DNA of 64,000 nucleotides from Fimbriimonadales bacterium (GTDB lineage Bacteria; Armatimonadota; Fimbriimonadia; Fimbriimonadales; ATM1), in assembly GCA_041744215.1 (NCBI GenBank), contig JBGTLG010000039.1, positions 1 to 64,000 of the forward strand, written 5' to 3'. The translations under genes were made by a program, and so were the position numbers. Positions 9,648 through 18,916 of the stretch are shown here, one piece after another; position 1 is the stretch's first letter, and every line of letters starts with the position of its first letter. The notes under the pieces were generated by a model. It searched no databases. It saw only the letters and a list, made by a program, of their open reading frames with translations, and was not told the origin of the DNA.

Positions 9648-9665
9648 AAACAAGGAGGAAATCCG

Positions 9666-9731
9666 ATGAACGACGATAAGAAGGGTTGTTGCGGCTGCTG
9701 CGAAAACTGCGGCTGCTCTGGTTGCTGCTAA
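9666..9731 (+). CDS. 21-aa Cys-rich metallothionein-like peptide MNDDKKGCCGCCENCGCSGCC
   Basis: Strong SD AAGGAGG, 18 nt after the arsR stop, 8 Cys, followed by a hairpin; below ORF-track cutoff. Confidence 0.75.
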   Translation: MNDDKKGCCGCCENCGCSGCC

Positions 9732-9738
9732 GGAGAAA

Positions 9739-9806
9739 GGGCTCGCCAGTCGCGAAGTCGAGCCCCTTCTAAGGCCGGTTCCGCCCGCTCGCATGAGCGG
9801 GCGGAA
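9739..9806. terminator. Two hairpins between convergent genes
   Basis: GGGCTCG...CGAGCCC and TTCCGCCCGCTC-GCAT-GAGCGGGCGGAA. Confidence 0.6.
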
Positions 9807-9815
9807 TCTTGCGTC

Positions 9816-10091
9816 CTACGAATCTGTCTTTTTGGTGGACGATTTCTTGGCCGCCGTCTTCCTAGGCGCCGCGGGCTTCTTTACAGCTGCTGGCTTTTTG
9901 GACTCGGCAATGTTGGGTTTCGCTGGAGGAGCAGGTTGCTCAGCCTTCACGGGCTTCGGAGCCGCTTTCTTTGCCTTGGCCTCCGGCGGTGGACCGTCAG
10001 GAAGTATGAAGACGGTCTTCATGCGACCGCGCATTCGTTGCGCCGTTGTTCGTTGGCGCTTGGGTTTGCGTCCGCTTCGTTCAATTCCCAT
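9816..10091 (-). CDS. Small basic Lys/Ala/Pro-rich (histone H1-like tail) protein
   Basis: MGIERSGRKPKRQR...KKAAPKP...KKPAA repeats; SD GAGAGG. Confidence 0.7.
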   Translation of the reverse strand: MGIERSGRKPKRQRTTAQRMRGRMKTVFILPDGPPPEAKAKKAAPKPVKAEQPAPPAKPNIAESKKPAAVKKPAAPRKTAAKKSSTKKTDS

Positions 10092-10093
10092 TT

Positions 10094-10190
10094 CAGTTGA
10101 CCTCTCAAGAAACAGCGCGCCAGGCCTTCCAGGCGGGCGCGCGGAGCCGAGAGGATACCTCAACTGTCGGTCGACTGGCTTCTGCGAGGT
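10094..10190 (-). promoter_or_regulatory. Structured 5' leader sequestering the SD
   Basis: Nested complementarities CAGTTGA/TCAACTG, CCTCTC/GAGAGG and GCGCGCC/GGCGCGC. Confidence 0.5.
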
Positions 10191-10264
10191 AATCCACTAT
10201 AATGAGCCCGCGTGGAACGCAAACACCCATCCGTCCGTTCCTAAGTGTGAATTTGAGGTGAAAA

Positions 10265-11215
10265 GTGGGCCCAGCTGAGATTGCCAAACATGCGCAGGCT
10301 ATTTGCGATGAAGTCGAAACAGTCATCTTAGGGAAACGAGATACCGTCGAGAAGGCAGTCCTGACCTTACTTTGCAACGGTCACCTCCTATTGGAGGACG
10401 TGCCAGGGGTTGGGAAAACGATGCTTGCCAAGGTGCTTGCCCGTACGATCGGGGGCGAGTTCCGGCGTATCCAGTTCACACCCGATCTGTTGCCCGCAGA
10501 CATTACTGGGTCAAGCATATTCAACCAAATGGCGATGGAGTTTGAATTCAAGGCAGGTCCAATCTTTGGGAACATCGTCCTTGCCGACGAGATTAACCGC
10601 GCGACCCCCAAAACTCAGTCTGCCCTGCTCGAGGCGATGGAAGAAAGGCAGGTGACAACGGACGGCATCACGCGGATGCTGCCTTCACCGTTCTTTGTCA
10701 TCGCGACACAAAACAACGTTGAACTGGTCGGTACGTACCCTCTGCCCGAGGCGCAACTCGACCGATTCTTTGCCAAGTTGTCTCTTGGGTATCCGGACCG
10801 AGCGGTCGAGGCCGACATCCTGAGGGATCAGCAGAAGGTTCACCCAATCGAGAATGCCCGCCAGATCGTCTCGCCGGCAGATTTAATCGAGCTCCAGAAG
10901 GGAGTTCGCGATGTGTACGTGCACGCGAGTCTTCGGGATTACATCGTGGACATCGTCAACGCGACTCGTTTTTCCAATCAGATCATCCTCGGCGCAAGTC
11001 CACGCGGATCACTGCTTTTGATGCACGCGGCACAGGCACACGCCGCGATGGATGGCGTCGAGTTTGTCCGACCGGACGACGTCAAGGCAATGGCTCCATC
11101 GGTGCTATCCCATCGAATTGTCCCAAGAGCAGATCTTCGCTCCCGCGGCGTCAGCGTTGAAGAGCTGATCGAGTCAATCGTGGATTCGATTCGTGCGCCT
11201 GTACCCGTTGCATAA
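10265..11215 (+). CDS. MoxR family AAA+ ATPase
   Basis: EDVPGVGKT, RIQFTPDLLPADITG, DEINRATPKTQSALLEAM, LPEAQLDRF. Confidence 0.95.
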   Translation: MGPAEIAKHAQAICDEVETVILGKRDTVEKAVLTLLCNGHLLLEDVPGVGKTMLAKVLARTIGGEFRRIQFTPDLLPADITGSSIFNQMAMEFEFKAGPIFGNIVLADEINRATPKTQSALLEAMEERQVTTDGITRMLPSPFFVIATQNNVELVGTYPLPEAQLDRFFAKLSLGYPDRAVEADILRDQQKVHPIENARQIVSPADLIELQKGVRDVYVHASLRDYIVDIVNATRFSNQIILGASPRGSLLLMHAAQAHAAMDGVEFVRPDDVKAMAPSVLSHRIVPRADLRSRGVSVEELIESIVDSIRAPVPVA

Positions 11216-12433
11216 ATGCGTCGCTACACAGTCCTGACTATCTCGACCTCCGGCGTCTTTCTTATGATCGTCGGCGTGCTAACGAACACGCAGACATTGT
11301 TTTACATGAGCACCGTCATGATCCTGATGCTGATTGTGATGCGGCTACAGGCGGGGCTTGCAACCAGGGGCCTTCGATTCGAAAGAATTGCACCAACTAC
11401 GATTGTCGCTGGCGAACTTATCACGATGCGGATCAGGGTTTGGTCTTCGATCCGGCTACGAAGGCCGCTCCTCTTCATTATCGATGACCTGCCTCCTGGA
11501 CTATTACATCAGGCGGACATGCGGCCTTTGCCAGTCGCGCCAGATTTTGAACAGGCTGTTGAGACCCGCTACGAATTGCGCCCGCACAAACGAGGCATTT
11601 TTCGATGGTCTACCATTCGCGTATCTAGCACTGATTCATTAGGCATAATCAGAGTTGAGAAGTCGTATGAGACCGAGCCTATCGAGTTGGTAGTCTATCC
11701 GTCCCAGATTCCTTTTGGGCTCGATCTGGTAGCTCTAAGTGGATGGGGCGCGAACCAAGCCGATCAAGGTCGAAACCGAGGCCAGGGAATTGAACCGAGA
11801 GGAGTCCGCGAGTTTCGCTCTGGAGACTCTTTGCGATTCGTTCATTGGAGGACTACTGCGCGCACCGGTCAATTGCAGGTTAAGGAGTTTGAAACGGGTT
11901 TCAATACGAACGTGACGATTCTGATTCAACAAACAGCTGGAAGCGAAGCGGGGAAAGGCGCCTACACGACACTCGAAGCAATGTGTGGCCATGCAGCATA
12001 CTTAGCGGATGTTCTCTTGCAGCGGGGGAGCCCAGTGAAGTTGCCGAATCTCGAACCTGCCGGCGCCGAACCTGCGAATTCTGCAGGTATTCGGTACGAG
12101 CAGATAGCAGAGGCACTGGCGGCGGCAGCAGCAGACCGCTCGGAGCCATTTGCCTTCGAGGTCGACTCCCTTATTGAGACTCTGGGACCTTCGTCGACTG
12201 TGGTTCTCTTCATGGCGGCAGCGGAGCCGGGACTCGCAGAGTCTATTCGAAGGCTTGCTGGGGTGGCCTCGGTCGTCGCACTGGTATACAGCCCAGATCA
12301 CTTCGCCGGCGACAAGATTGATGTCCGGCTTAGGCCGTCGATTGACCCTGACTTTCTAGCGAAAATCGCCGCTCCAACCGTGGCGATAAGACTGATGCAA
12401 AACCCCTATGCAAGCGACACACAAGCGGCTTAG
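11216..12433 (+). CDS. DUF58 domain protein
   Basis: REFRSGDSLRFVHWRTTAR, VKEFE; follows moxR. Confidence 0.9.
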   Translation: MRRYTVLTISTSGVFLMIVGVLTNTQTLFYMSTVMILMLIVMRLQAGLATRGLRFERIAPTTIVAGELITMRIRVWSSIRLRRPLLFIIDDLPPGLLHQADMRPLPVAPDFEQAVETRYELRPHKRGIFRWSTIRVSSTDSLGIIRVEKSYETEPIELVVYPSQIPFGLDLVALSGWGANQADQGRNRGQGIEPRGVREFRSGDSLRFVHWRTTARTGQLQVKEFETGFNTNVTILIQQTAGSEAGKGAYTTLEAMCGHAAYLADVLLQRGSPVKLPNLEPAGAEPANSAGIRYEQIAEALAAAAADRSEPFAFEVDSLIETLGPSSTVVLFMAAAEPGLAESIRRLAGVASVVALVYSPDHFAGDKIDVRLRPSIDPDFLAKIAAPTVAIRLMQNPYASDTQAA

Positions 12434-14480
12434 TGCAGAGCAGCAACTAGTTCACTTGGAGGCGAGTGCGCTCGATTACATGGTTCTGGCTGCCGCCGGG
12501 ATTGTCCCGTTGTTTCTTGCTGGCACCGCAATTCAAAAGCCGAATATCGGGATTGCCTTTTCGATCTTGTATGCCCTCGGCCTGCTCACGTCATTCGTCA
12601 TTCGTCGAAGTTTCCCACCGAACAAGCTGTTTCACCATTGCGCGTGGCTACAGTTGATCGTAGCGTTGTTTATCTCATTCAACCTTGGCAATCTGAACGG
12701 CATGTTGCCAGACGGCGGATTTGACCCACGGCTTTTCGTTCCGGCATACCTCTGCTTCCTAATGTGTCTCGGAAGCTTTTTCTATTGGTCTGACTCTCCT
12801 ATGATGTTCATGACCGTGCCGGGCGTTGCTCTCTTTGGCATCCTCAGCTGGCTTGAAACGAGCGGGTTCTTTGAGGTGTCGCTCATTCTTTTTATGGCAA
12901 GTGTCGCCGTGCTCTTGACCCGGCTGCACCTTCGCTCGATGTATGCAAGCGCGAGAGCAGCGGGTGCAACCGACTTGCCTGAGTTGCACAGAGGACCTTG
13001 GCGAGCCGTTGCCGGCCCATTTCTTGCGATTCTCACAATTCTTGCAGTTGCGGGATTCTCTTGGTTTGTCGCGCCAATGCTCGGCTCTGCGGCAAGGGCA
13101 GCGGTCGGCAATCCGACGCTGAACTTCACGCCACCTACACCGCGAGCAACACAGGGTTCAGGAGTCGTCGCGCAACGCACTATAGGTAACGGTCCTTCGT
13201 CCAGTAGCAATCGAGAGATCGTCAAAGTCAAGGCTGACATCCTTCCACCGTACGTTCGCACCACAAGTTACGACAGCTACCGACGGACAGGGTGGAATGA
13301 AGCGCCGAGCGTTCGAGAGGTTGAGCCCTCTGCTAACCGGCCCGCCACGAATCTGCGCAATCCACGGGTGTATACGTTCGAGTTACCGCGTCAAATCGCA
13401 CGCGGCCGGATCGTCGACATGTTTGTGCGATCCGCTTCCGGCGGGCATACCTATGCTCCTGTTCCTGGCCCGGTCATCCAATTCGAGTATGAAGGCAACA
13501 TCTCTATCGACCGGCGGCAGTTCATTGTGCTTAGTGACGGCTTCCCCGTGGACAAACAGTTCTTTGTTCGCGCGCAGTGGCAGATGCCCACGGCGGAGAT
13601 GCTTCGCGCAGCGACGCCGGCAAGCGAGCGGTCGCCAACATTCTCCCCAGGCTTCGATGTTATCGATCCACGCGTGATTGCGCAAGCGCGAGAATTAGTC
13701 GTTGGGCGGCAAACTGATTACGACGTGATTCTCGCAATGATGGACTTCATTGCGGACCGTTGCAGATACAATCTAAATGCCGAGGCGATCACAGGAGACA
13801 AAGATCGGGTCGCCGAGTTCTTGTTCGAGACAAGGGAAGGCTACTGCGATCTGTTTGCGAGCTCGCTCGCGGTCATGCTGCGGTCCGTCGGAATCAATGC
13901 GCGTGTCGTCATTGGATTCCGCATCACAGACGCTCCTGACGCCGAAGGTTGGGTCACTATTCGCGACCGAAACGCCCATATGTGGACAGAGGTTTACTTT
14001 GAGGAGTACGGCTGGATCCCGTTTGATGTAACGGACATGGCTCAGGCCGTCCCCGGCGGCGAGTTGGGAACTTTGCTCGACGAGGAAGAAGGGCTGGCTG
14101 GAGTCTCGTGGGCGATGAAAGCGGCCGGCATAATCTTCGGATCTGCAGCGCTGATACTTATCATCGCTTTCGCAGTCGGGGCCTTACGAAGTCGCAACTC
14201 AATAACTGGAACGTACCGCAAGCTGCGCCCGAGCTATCTCGTTTTCTTACGGGTCATAGCAAAGCAACTGAAGAGACCGAAGATGCCCTCGGAAACGACG
14301 CGTCAGTTCGCGATTGCTTACCGCGACGCTGCTGGCAACGGCGAGATCGTTCTTGACATAGCCAATAAGTTTGAGTCTGCTTTCTACGCAGCGGATGAGC
14401 CGACACACGAACAAATCGAGACAATTCGAAGTAGCGTTGACAAGTTGGTCGCCGCAGTGAGGAACGGAAATGGCCGTTAG
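12408..14480 (+). CDS. Membrane transglutaminase-like protein (TgpA-like)
   Basis: Multiple TMs; GYCDLFASS, HMWTEVY, FDVT Cys-His-Asp triad. Confidence 0.9.
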   Translation: MQATHKRLSAEQQLVHLEASALDYMVLAAAGIVPLFLAGTAIQKPNIGIAFSILYALGLLTSFVIRRSFPPNKLFHHCAWLQLIVALFISFNLGNLNGMLPDGGFDPRLFVPAYLCFLMCLGSFFYWSDSPMMFMTVPGVALFGILSWLETSGFFEVSLILFMASVAVLLTRLHLRSMYASARAAGATDLPELHRGPWRAVAGPFLAILTILAVAGFSWFVAPMLGSAARAAVGNPTLNFTPPTPRATQGSGVVAQRTIGNGPSSSSNREIVKVKADILPPYVRTTSYDSYRRTGWNEAPSVREVEPSANRPATNLRNPRVYTFELPRQIARGRIVDMFVRSASGGHTYAPVPGPVIQFEYEGNISIDRRQFIVLSDGFPVDKQFFVRAQWQMPTAEMLRAATPASERSPTFSPGFDVIDPRVIAQARELVVGRQTDYDVILAMMDFIADRCRYNLNAEAITGDKDRVAEFLFETREGYCDLFASSLAVMLRSVGINARVVIGFRITDAPDAEGWVTIRDRNAHMWTEVYFEEYGWIPFDVTDMAQAVPGGELGTLLDEEEGLAGVSWAMKAAGIIFGSAALILIIAFAVGALRSRNSITGTYRKLRPSYLVFLRVIAKQLKRPKMPSETTRQFAIAYRDAAGNGEIVLDIANKFESAFYAADEPTHEQIETIRSSVDKLVAAVRNGNGR

Positions 14481-15510
14481 TGGCGTATCGCCATCTGTCG
14501 TCGCTATCTCAGGCTCCGACCCACTTCTTATAATCGAAGCTCTGCAGGCTTCGCTCGCCGAAGCAGGCATTGATCCTGTCGACTCATTCGATCATGTCGA
14601 TCTTGACGGTATCGAAACTTCGGCTGCAGAGATACTGCAATCGGCAACGACGATTCCCTTCTTGTCGCCACGACGATCCGTCGTTGTGCGGCGTGCGGAT
14701 CGCCTTGGGGAAGCGGATGTGGACGCCCTTTCCACAGCACTACCGACGATTCCCGCGAGCGGGTTGATTGTCTTTGTCTTTGAGCCGCTCGGAGATGCTG
14801 CGAAAGGTGCTGCACTAAAATCAGCTGCGAAGAAGGCGGGCCGACTTATCGAAGTCAAATCACCAGACCGCTCGGTGATCATTACGGAATTGAAGAAACG
14901 TGCAGGTGAGGCTGGCTTGTTGTTCGACAGAGACGCGGCCGAGAAGATGTGTGACCTTGTTGGATCGGATCTCTCAGAGGCTGTGTCTGAACTTGGCAAG
15001 ATAATCGCGGCATGTTCTTCCACAGGAAAGGTCACTGTTGACGACGTTAAGCAGATCGTCATTCCAAGCCAGGAATACCGTGTGTTTTTGTTGCTTGACG
15101 CCGTTTGCGAGGGCCAACTCGGCCCCGCGCTAACTCAATTGGGAAGGCTACTCAGCGCGATGCCTAAGGCCGAGGATGCTGCCATGCGAAACGTGCTTCC
15201 TCAGATGCATAAGCAACTCCTTAACATCTTTCAGGCGCGAGCGTTGCTGGACGAGCGCGTCAGTCTTGACTCGCCGGATGCCAAGCGGTACCTGTCCGAA
15301 GCCTATAGTCTGGCCAACGCAAACGACTTTCCGCGGAAGAAGGCCACGGCTTTCGCGAGAAGACTCAGTCTGGCTCAGGTCGCAGCCCTTTTGCGCCTTG
15401 TACTTGAGACCGACATGCGACTCAAGGGACAGTTGCCGCAAGCTACCGCCGAGGAGACGCTGGAGAGAATGCTTGCCGAAATGTGTCTCATAGTGCGGGA
15501 TCAAACGTGA
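14470..15510 (+). CDS. holA: DNA polymerase III delta subunit
   Basis: PFLSPRRSVVV, ELGKI, VFLLLDAV, ETDMRLKG pattern; 346 aa. Confidence 0.8.
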   Translation: MAVSGVSPSVVAISGSDPLLIIEALQASLAEAGIDPVDSFDHVDLDGIETSAAEILQSATTIPFLSPRRSVVVRRADRLGEADVDALSTALPTIPASGLIVFVFEPLGDAAKGAALKSAAKKAGRLIEVKSPDRSVIITELKKRAGEAGLLFDRDAAEKMCDLVGSDLSEAVSELGKIIAACSSTGKVTVDDVKQIVIPSQEYRVFLLLDAVCEGQLGPALTQLGRLLSAMPKAEDAAMRNVLPQMHKQLLNIFQARALLDERVSLDSPDAKRYLSEAYSLANANDFPRKKATAFARRLSLAQVAALLRLVLETDMRLKGQLPQATAEETLERMLAEMCLIVRDQT

Positions 15511-15569
15511 AGCTCTACGCCTGGTGGTAGACTGGAACCGCCAATCACCACTAAGTCCAAGGAGGGCCC

Positions 15570-16394
15570 ATGGCAACGACCGCTCCCAAGAGCGCGGAAT
15601 CTGTCCGAACATTGCGAACTGACGCCTGGTGGATTCAGCCTCTGTTGACCGCTTTGGTTTTGACCGGATTCATCGTCTACGCGACGTACAGAACGTTCGA
15701 AAACAACTTTTTTCTCGCCGAGTTGACTTGGGTCAACGGCGAATGGCAACAGAGCCAATTGTGGCTTGACGGCAAGGTCGGCCACCTGCTAAGTCCGTTC
15801 TATTCCCCGCTCTTTCTGATCGATTGGCGCGTTCTGGGCTACCACATTTCGCCAGCAATTCTTATTCTCCCGTTCCCTTTGAGTTTTCGACTGACTTGCT
15901 ATTACTATCGCAAGGCTTACTATCGATCATTCTTCGGGAGTCCACCCGCATGCGCGGTAAAGGGCACCACGAAGAAGGGCTATCGAGGCGAGCAGGTCTT
16001 TCCGTTCGTAATCCAGAACCTCCACCGGTACGCGTTTTATGCAGCCTTCATTTTTATCTTCATCTTGTCGTATGACGTTGTCCTCTCGATGAAGTACATC
16101 GACGGCTGGGGAGTGAGCCTGGGCACTCTGGTGCTTCTAATGAACGTCGTTCTCCTGGCGGGGTACACGTTCGGGTGTCACTCGTTCCGCCACTTGATCG
16201 GCGGCAAGGTGAACTGCTACAGCTGCTCACTTGCAAACAAGACGAAGCACGGCCTCTGGAAAAAGGCAACGTTCCTGAACGATCGCCATGCGCTATTCGC
16301 ATGGACGAGCCTGTTTGGCGTCGCGATCGCGGATGTGTATGTGCGTATGGTTTGCTCTGGTGTGTTTGCAGATCCTGTGTTTGTGAATTTCTGA
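15570..16394 (+). CDS. Succinate dehydrogenase membrane anchor, mycobacterial Sdh1-like
   Basis: SPFYSP, FRLTCYYYRKAYYRSF, QNLHRY, GCHSFRH; precedes sdhAB. Confidence 0.85.
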   Translation: MATTAPKSAESVRTLRTDAWWIQPLLTALVLTGFIVYATYRTFENNFFLAELTWVNGEWQQSQLWLDGKVGHLLSPFYSPLFLIDWRVLGYHISPAILILPFPLSFRLTCYYYRKAYYRSFFGSPPACAVKGTTKKGYRGEQVFPFVIQNLHRYAFYAAFIFIFILSYDVVLSMKYIDGWGVSLGTLVLLMNVVLLAGYTFGCHSFRHLIGGKVNCYSCSLANKTKHGLWKKATFLNDRHALFAWTSLFGVAIADVYVRMVCSGVFADPVFVNF

Positions 16395-16395
16395 A

Positions 16396-18180
16396 ATGTC
16401 GAACTACGAAACGTTTGAATATGATGTCTTGGTCATCGGCGCAGGTGGCGCCGGGCTTCGCGCCGTTATCGGCGCAGTCGAGAAGGGGTGCAAGGTCGGG
16501 GTGGTGACCAAGTCACTGCTAGGCAAAGCGCATACGGTTATGGCTGAGGGCGGCGCGGCCGCAGCCCTAGCGAACTACGACACTGAAGATGGTTGGAAGG
16601 TTCACTTCCGGGACACGATGCGTGGCGGAAAATTCCTCAACAATTGGCGCACTGTCGAGATTTTCGCGAAGGAGGCGCCAGAGCGCATCCTGGAACTCGA
16701 GAGGTACGGCGCCGTCTTTGACAGAACACCCGAGGGGTTGATCAGTCAGCGAGCGTTTGGCGGTCACAAGTACCGAAGGCTCGCGCATGTAGGCGACCGG
16801 ACGGGCCTGGAGCTGATCCGGACCCTCCAAGACAAAGCTGTCAGCCTTGGATTTGATTGCCACATGGAAACCACCCTAACTCGGCTGCTGACCGACGATG
16901 GTCGAGTTGTTGGAGCGTTTGGGTATCGACGCGTCGATGGACAGTACGTAGTTTTTCGAGCGAAGGCGATCGTTTTGGCGACCGGGGGATTCGGTCGGAT
17001 GTACAAGTTCACGTCGAACAGTTGGGAATCCACGGGCGACGGCGTCGGGATGGCCTTTGATGCTGGCGCGGAGCTCCAGGATATGGAGATGGTTCAGTTC
17101 CACCCAACCGGTATGATCTGGCCACCGGGGATGCGAGGGATTCTCGTCACTGAAGGGGTGCGGGGGGACGGTGGTGTGCTAAAGAACGGCAAAGGTGATC
17201 GGTTCATGTTTGATCACGTGCCGGACTTCTTCCGCGATGAGACAGCCGACACACCCGAAGAGGCTGCGCGATGGGTCGATGATAAGCGAAACAATCGGAG
17301 GCCGCCAGAACTTCTTCCGCGGGATGTCGTTGCAAGGGCGATCTTCAAGGAGGTCGGCGCGAATCGCGGAAGCGAACACGGAGGCGCATACCTTGACATA
17401 TCGCACAAGGGTGCAGACTACATCAAGAAGAAACTGCCAAGTATGTATGACCAGTTTCTTCACCTCGGTGATGTAGACATTACCAAGCAACCAATGGAGG
17501 TTTATCCGACGATCCACTACGCAATGGGCGGGATCGCGGCAGACCCTGATACTTGCGCGACATCTTTGCCCGGACTGTACGCCGCTGGCGAGGTTGCCGC
17601 GGGCTTACACGGCGCGAATCGATTGGGCGGGAATTCGCTTACTGACATCTTGGTGTTCGGGCGCAGGGCAGGAGAAGCCGCAGGAGAATTCGCGAGCGGT
17701 AACGCACACGGTACGGTGCCTGCTGAGCAGATCGAGCAGGAAACGGACATTCTTATGCGTCCGTTGTCGGGAGGAGATGGCGTCAGTCCGTACGAGATCC
17801 AAACCGAATTGCAGGAAGCGATGCAGAAGGGCGCGATGATTGCACGCACGGAAGAGAGCCTGAATGAGGCGTTAGCGAAGGTGATCGAGTTACAGGGCAA
17901 ACTGAATGATATCCGCGTTCCTGGGGACACACGCTTCAATCCTGGCTGGAACGCCGCACGTGACGCCCGATTCATGCTGACGAGCAGTGAGGTGTTGATC
18001 CGCTCTGCCTTGGAAAGGAAGGAGAGCCGTGGGGGTCACTGGCGGCTGGATTTCCCGGAAGAGGATGCTTTTTGGTCAAAGCACAACATCATCGCTAAGC
18101 TGGAGGGCGATCTACTGAAGCTGGAACCGCGGCCGGTTCCTCAAATCCCGTCTGAGCTTGAGGAGATTTTGAAGGACTGA
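16396..18180 (+). CDS. sdhA: Succinate dehydrogenase/fumarate reductase flavoprotein
   Basis: GAGGAG, HTVMAEGG, QFHPTG, HYAMGG, HGANRLGGNSL, ESRGGH. Confidence 0.95.
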   Translation: MSNYETFEYDVLVIGAGGAGLRAVIGAVEKGCKVGVVTKSLLGKAHTVMAEGGAAAALANYDTEDGWKVHFRDTMRGGKFLNNWRTVEIFAKEAPERILELERYGAVFDRTPEGLISQRAFGGHKYRRLAHVGDRTGLELIRTLQDKAVSLGFDCHMETTLTRLLTDDGRVVGAFGYRRVDGQYVVFRAKAIVLATGGFGRMYKFTSNSWESTGDGVGMAFDAGAELQDMEMVQFHPTGMIWPPGMRGILVTEGVRGDGGVLKNGKGDRFMFDHVPDFFRDETADTPEEAARWVDDKRNNRRPPELLPRDVVARAIFKEVGANRGSEHGGAYLDISHKGADYIKKKLPSMYDQFLHLGDVDITKQPMEVYPTIHYAMGGIAADPDTCATSLPGLYAAGEVAAGLHGANRLGGNSLTDILVFGRRAGEAAGEFASGNAHGTVPAEQIEQETDILMRPLSGGDGVSPYEIQTELQEAMQKGAMIARTEESLNEALAKVIELQGKLNDIRVPGDTRFNPGWNAARDARFMLTSSEVLIRSALERKESRGGHWRLDFPEEDAFWSKHNIIAKLEGDLLKLEPRPVPQIPSELEEILKD

Positions 18181-18184
18181 CAAC

Positions 18185-18916
18185 ATGAGCACAATCACAC
18201 TCAGGGTTTTTCGTGGCGATCATACTGGCGGCGAGTTTCGCGACTATGAGGTAGAGACTGCTCCTGGAATGGTCGTTTTGGATGCAATTCATGCCATTCA
18301 GAAGGAACAAGACCCGTCACTGGCTTGCCGATGGAACTGTAAGGCTGCAAAGTGTGGATCTTGTAGCGGAGAGGTTAACGGCAAGCCAAAGCTTCTTTGC
18401 AAGGCACGAATCGACGAGTTGCCTAACGACCAGCCAATCGTTGTCACTCCAATCAAAACATTCCCCGTCATCAGAGACTTGGTGTCGGATGTGAGCTGGA
18501 ACTATGATGTTGCGAAGCAGATTGAGCCACTTAAACTGGCAGACGAGGGCAGCACAGAACCGCTTCGAATGCAGCAGATTGATATAGATCGGATCCAAGA
18601 ATTCCGGAAGTGCATTGAGTGCTTTTTGTGCCAAGACGTATGCCACGTATTGAGAGATGGTGACCGACAAGACCTGTTCTTCGGCCCAAGGCATATGGTG
18701 CGATTCGCAGCTCTCGAGATGCACCCGCTTGACACGGCAGATAGACGGCCCCTCTTAAAGGAAACGGCGGGAATTGGAACGTGCAACATCACGAAATGCT
18801 GTACCGAAGTATGTCCGGAGCACATTCACATCACAGACAATGCGATCATCCCACTTAAAGAGCGCGTTGCAGACCTCTACTTTGACCCGATTCAGAGGCT
18901 CTTCAGGCGACGCTAA
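18185..18916 (+). CDS. sdhB: Succinate dehydrogenase/fumarate reductase Fe-S subunit
   Basis: CKAAKCGSC, CIECFLCQDVC, CNITKCCTEVCP. Confidence 0.95.
   Translation: MSTITLRVFRGDHTGGEFRDYEVETAPGMVVLDAIHAIQKEQDPSLACRWNCKAAKCGSCSGEVNGKPKLLCKARIDELPNDQPIVVTPIKTFPVIRDLVSDVSWNYDVAKQIEPLKLADEGSTEPLRMQQIDIDRIQEFRKCIECFLCQDVCHVLRDGDRQDLFFGPRHMVRFAALEMHPLDTADRRPLLKETAGIGTCNITKCCTEVCPEHIHITDNAIIPLKERVADLYFDPIQRLFRRR

Noticed and set aside
7542-9770. Genomic island at tRNA-Ile2
   Set aside because: No integrase, att duplication or evident compositional shift
10120-10180. ZTP riboswitch-like words GACTGGC and CCCGCCTGG
   Set aside because: The two words are on opposite strands and the downstream gene is unrelated
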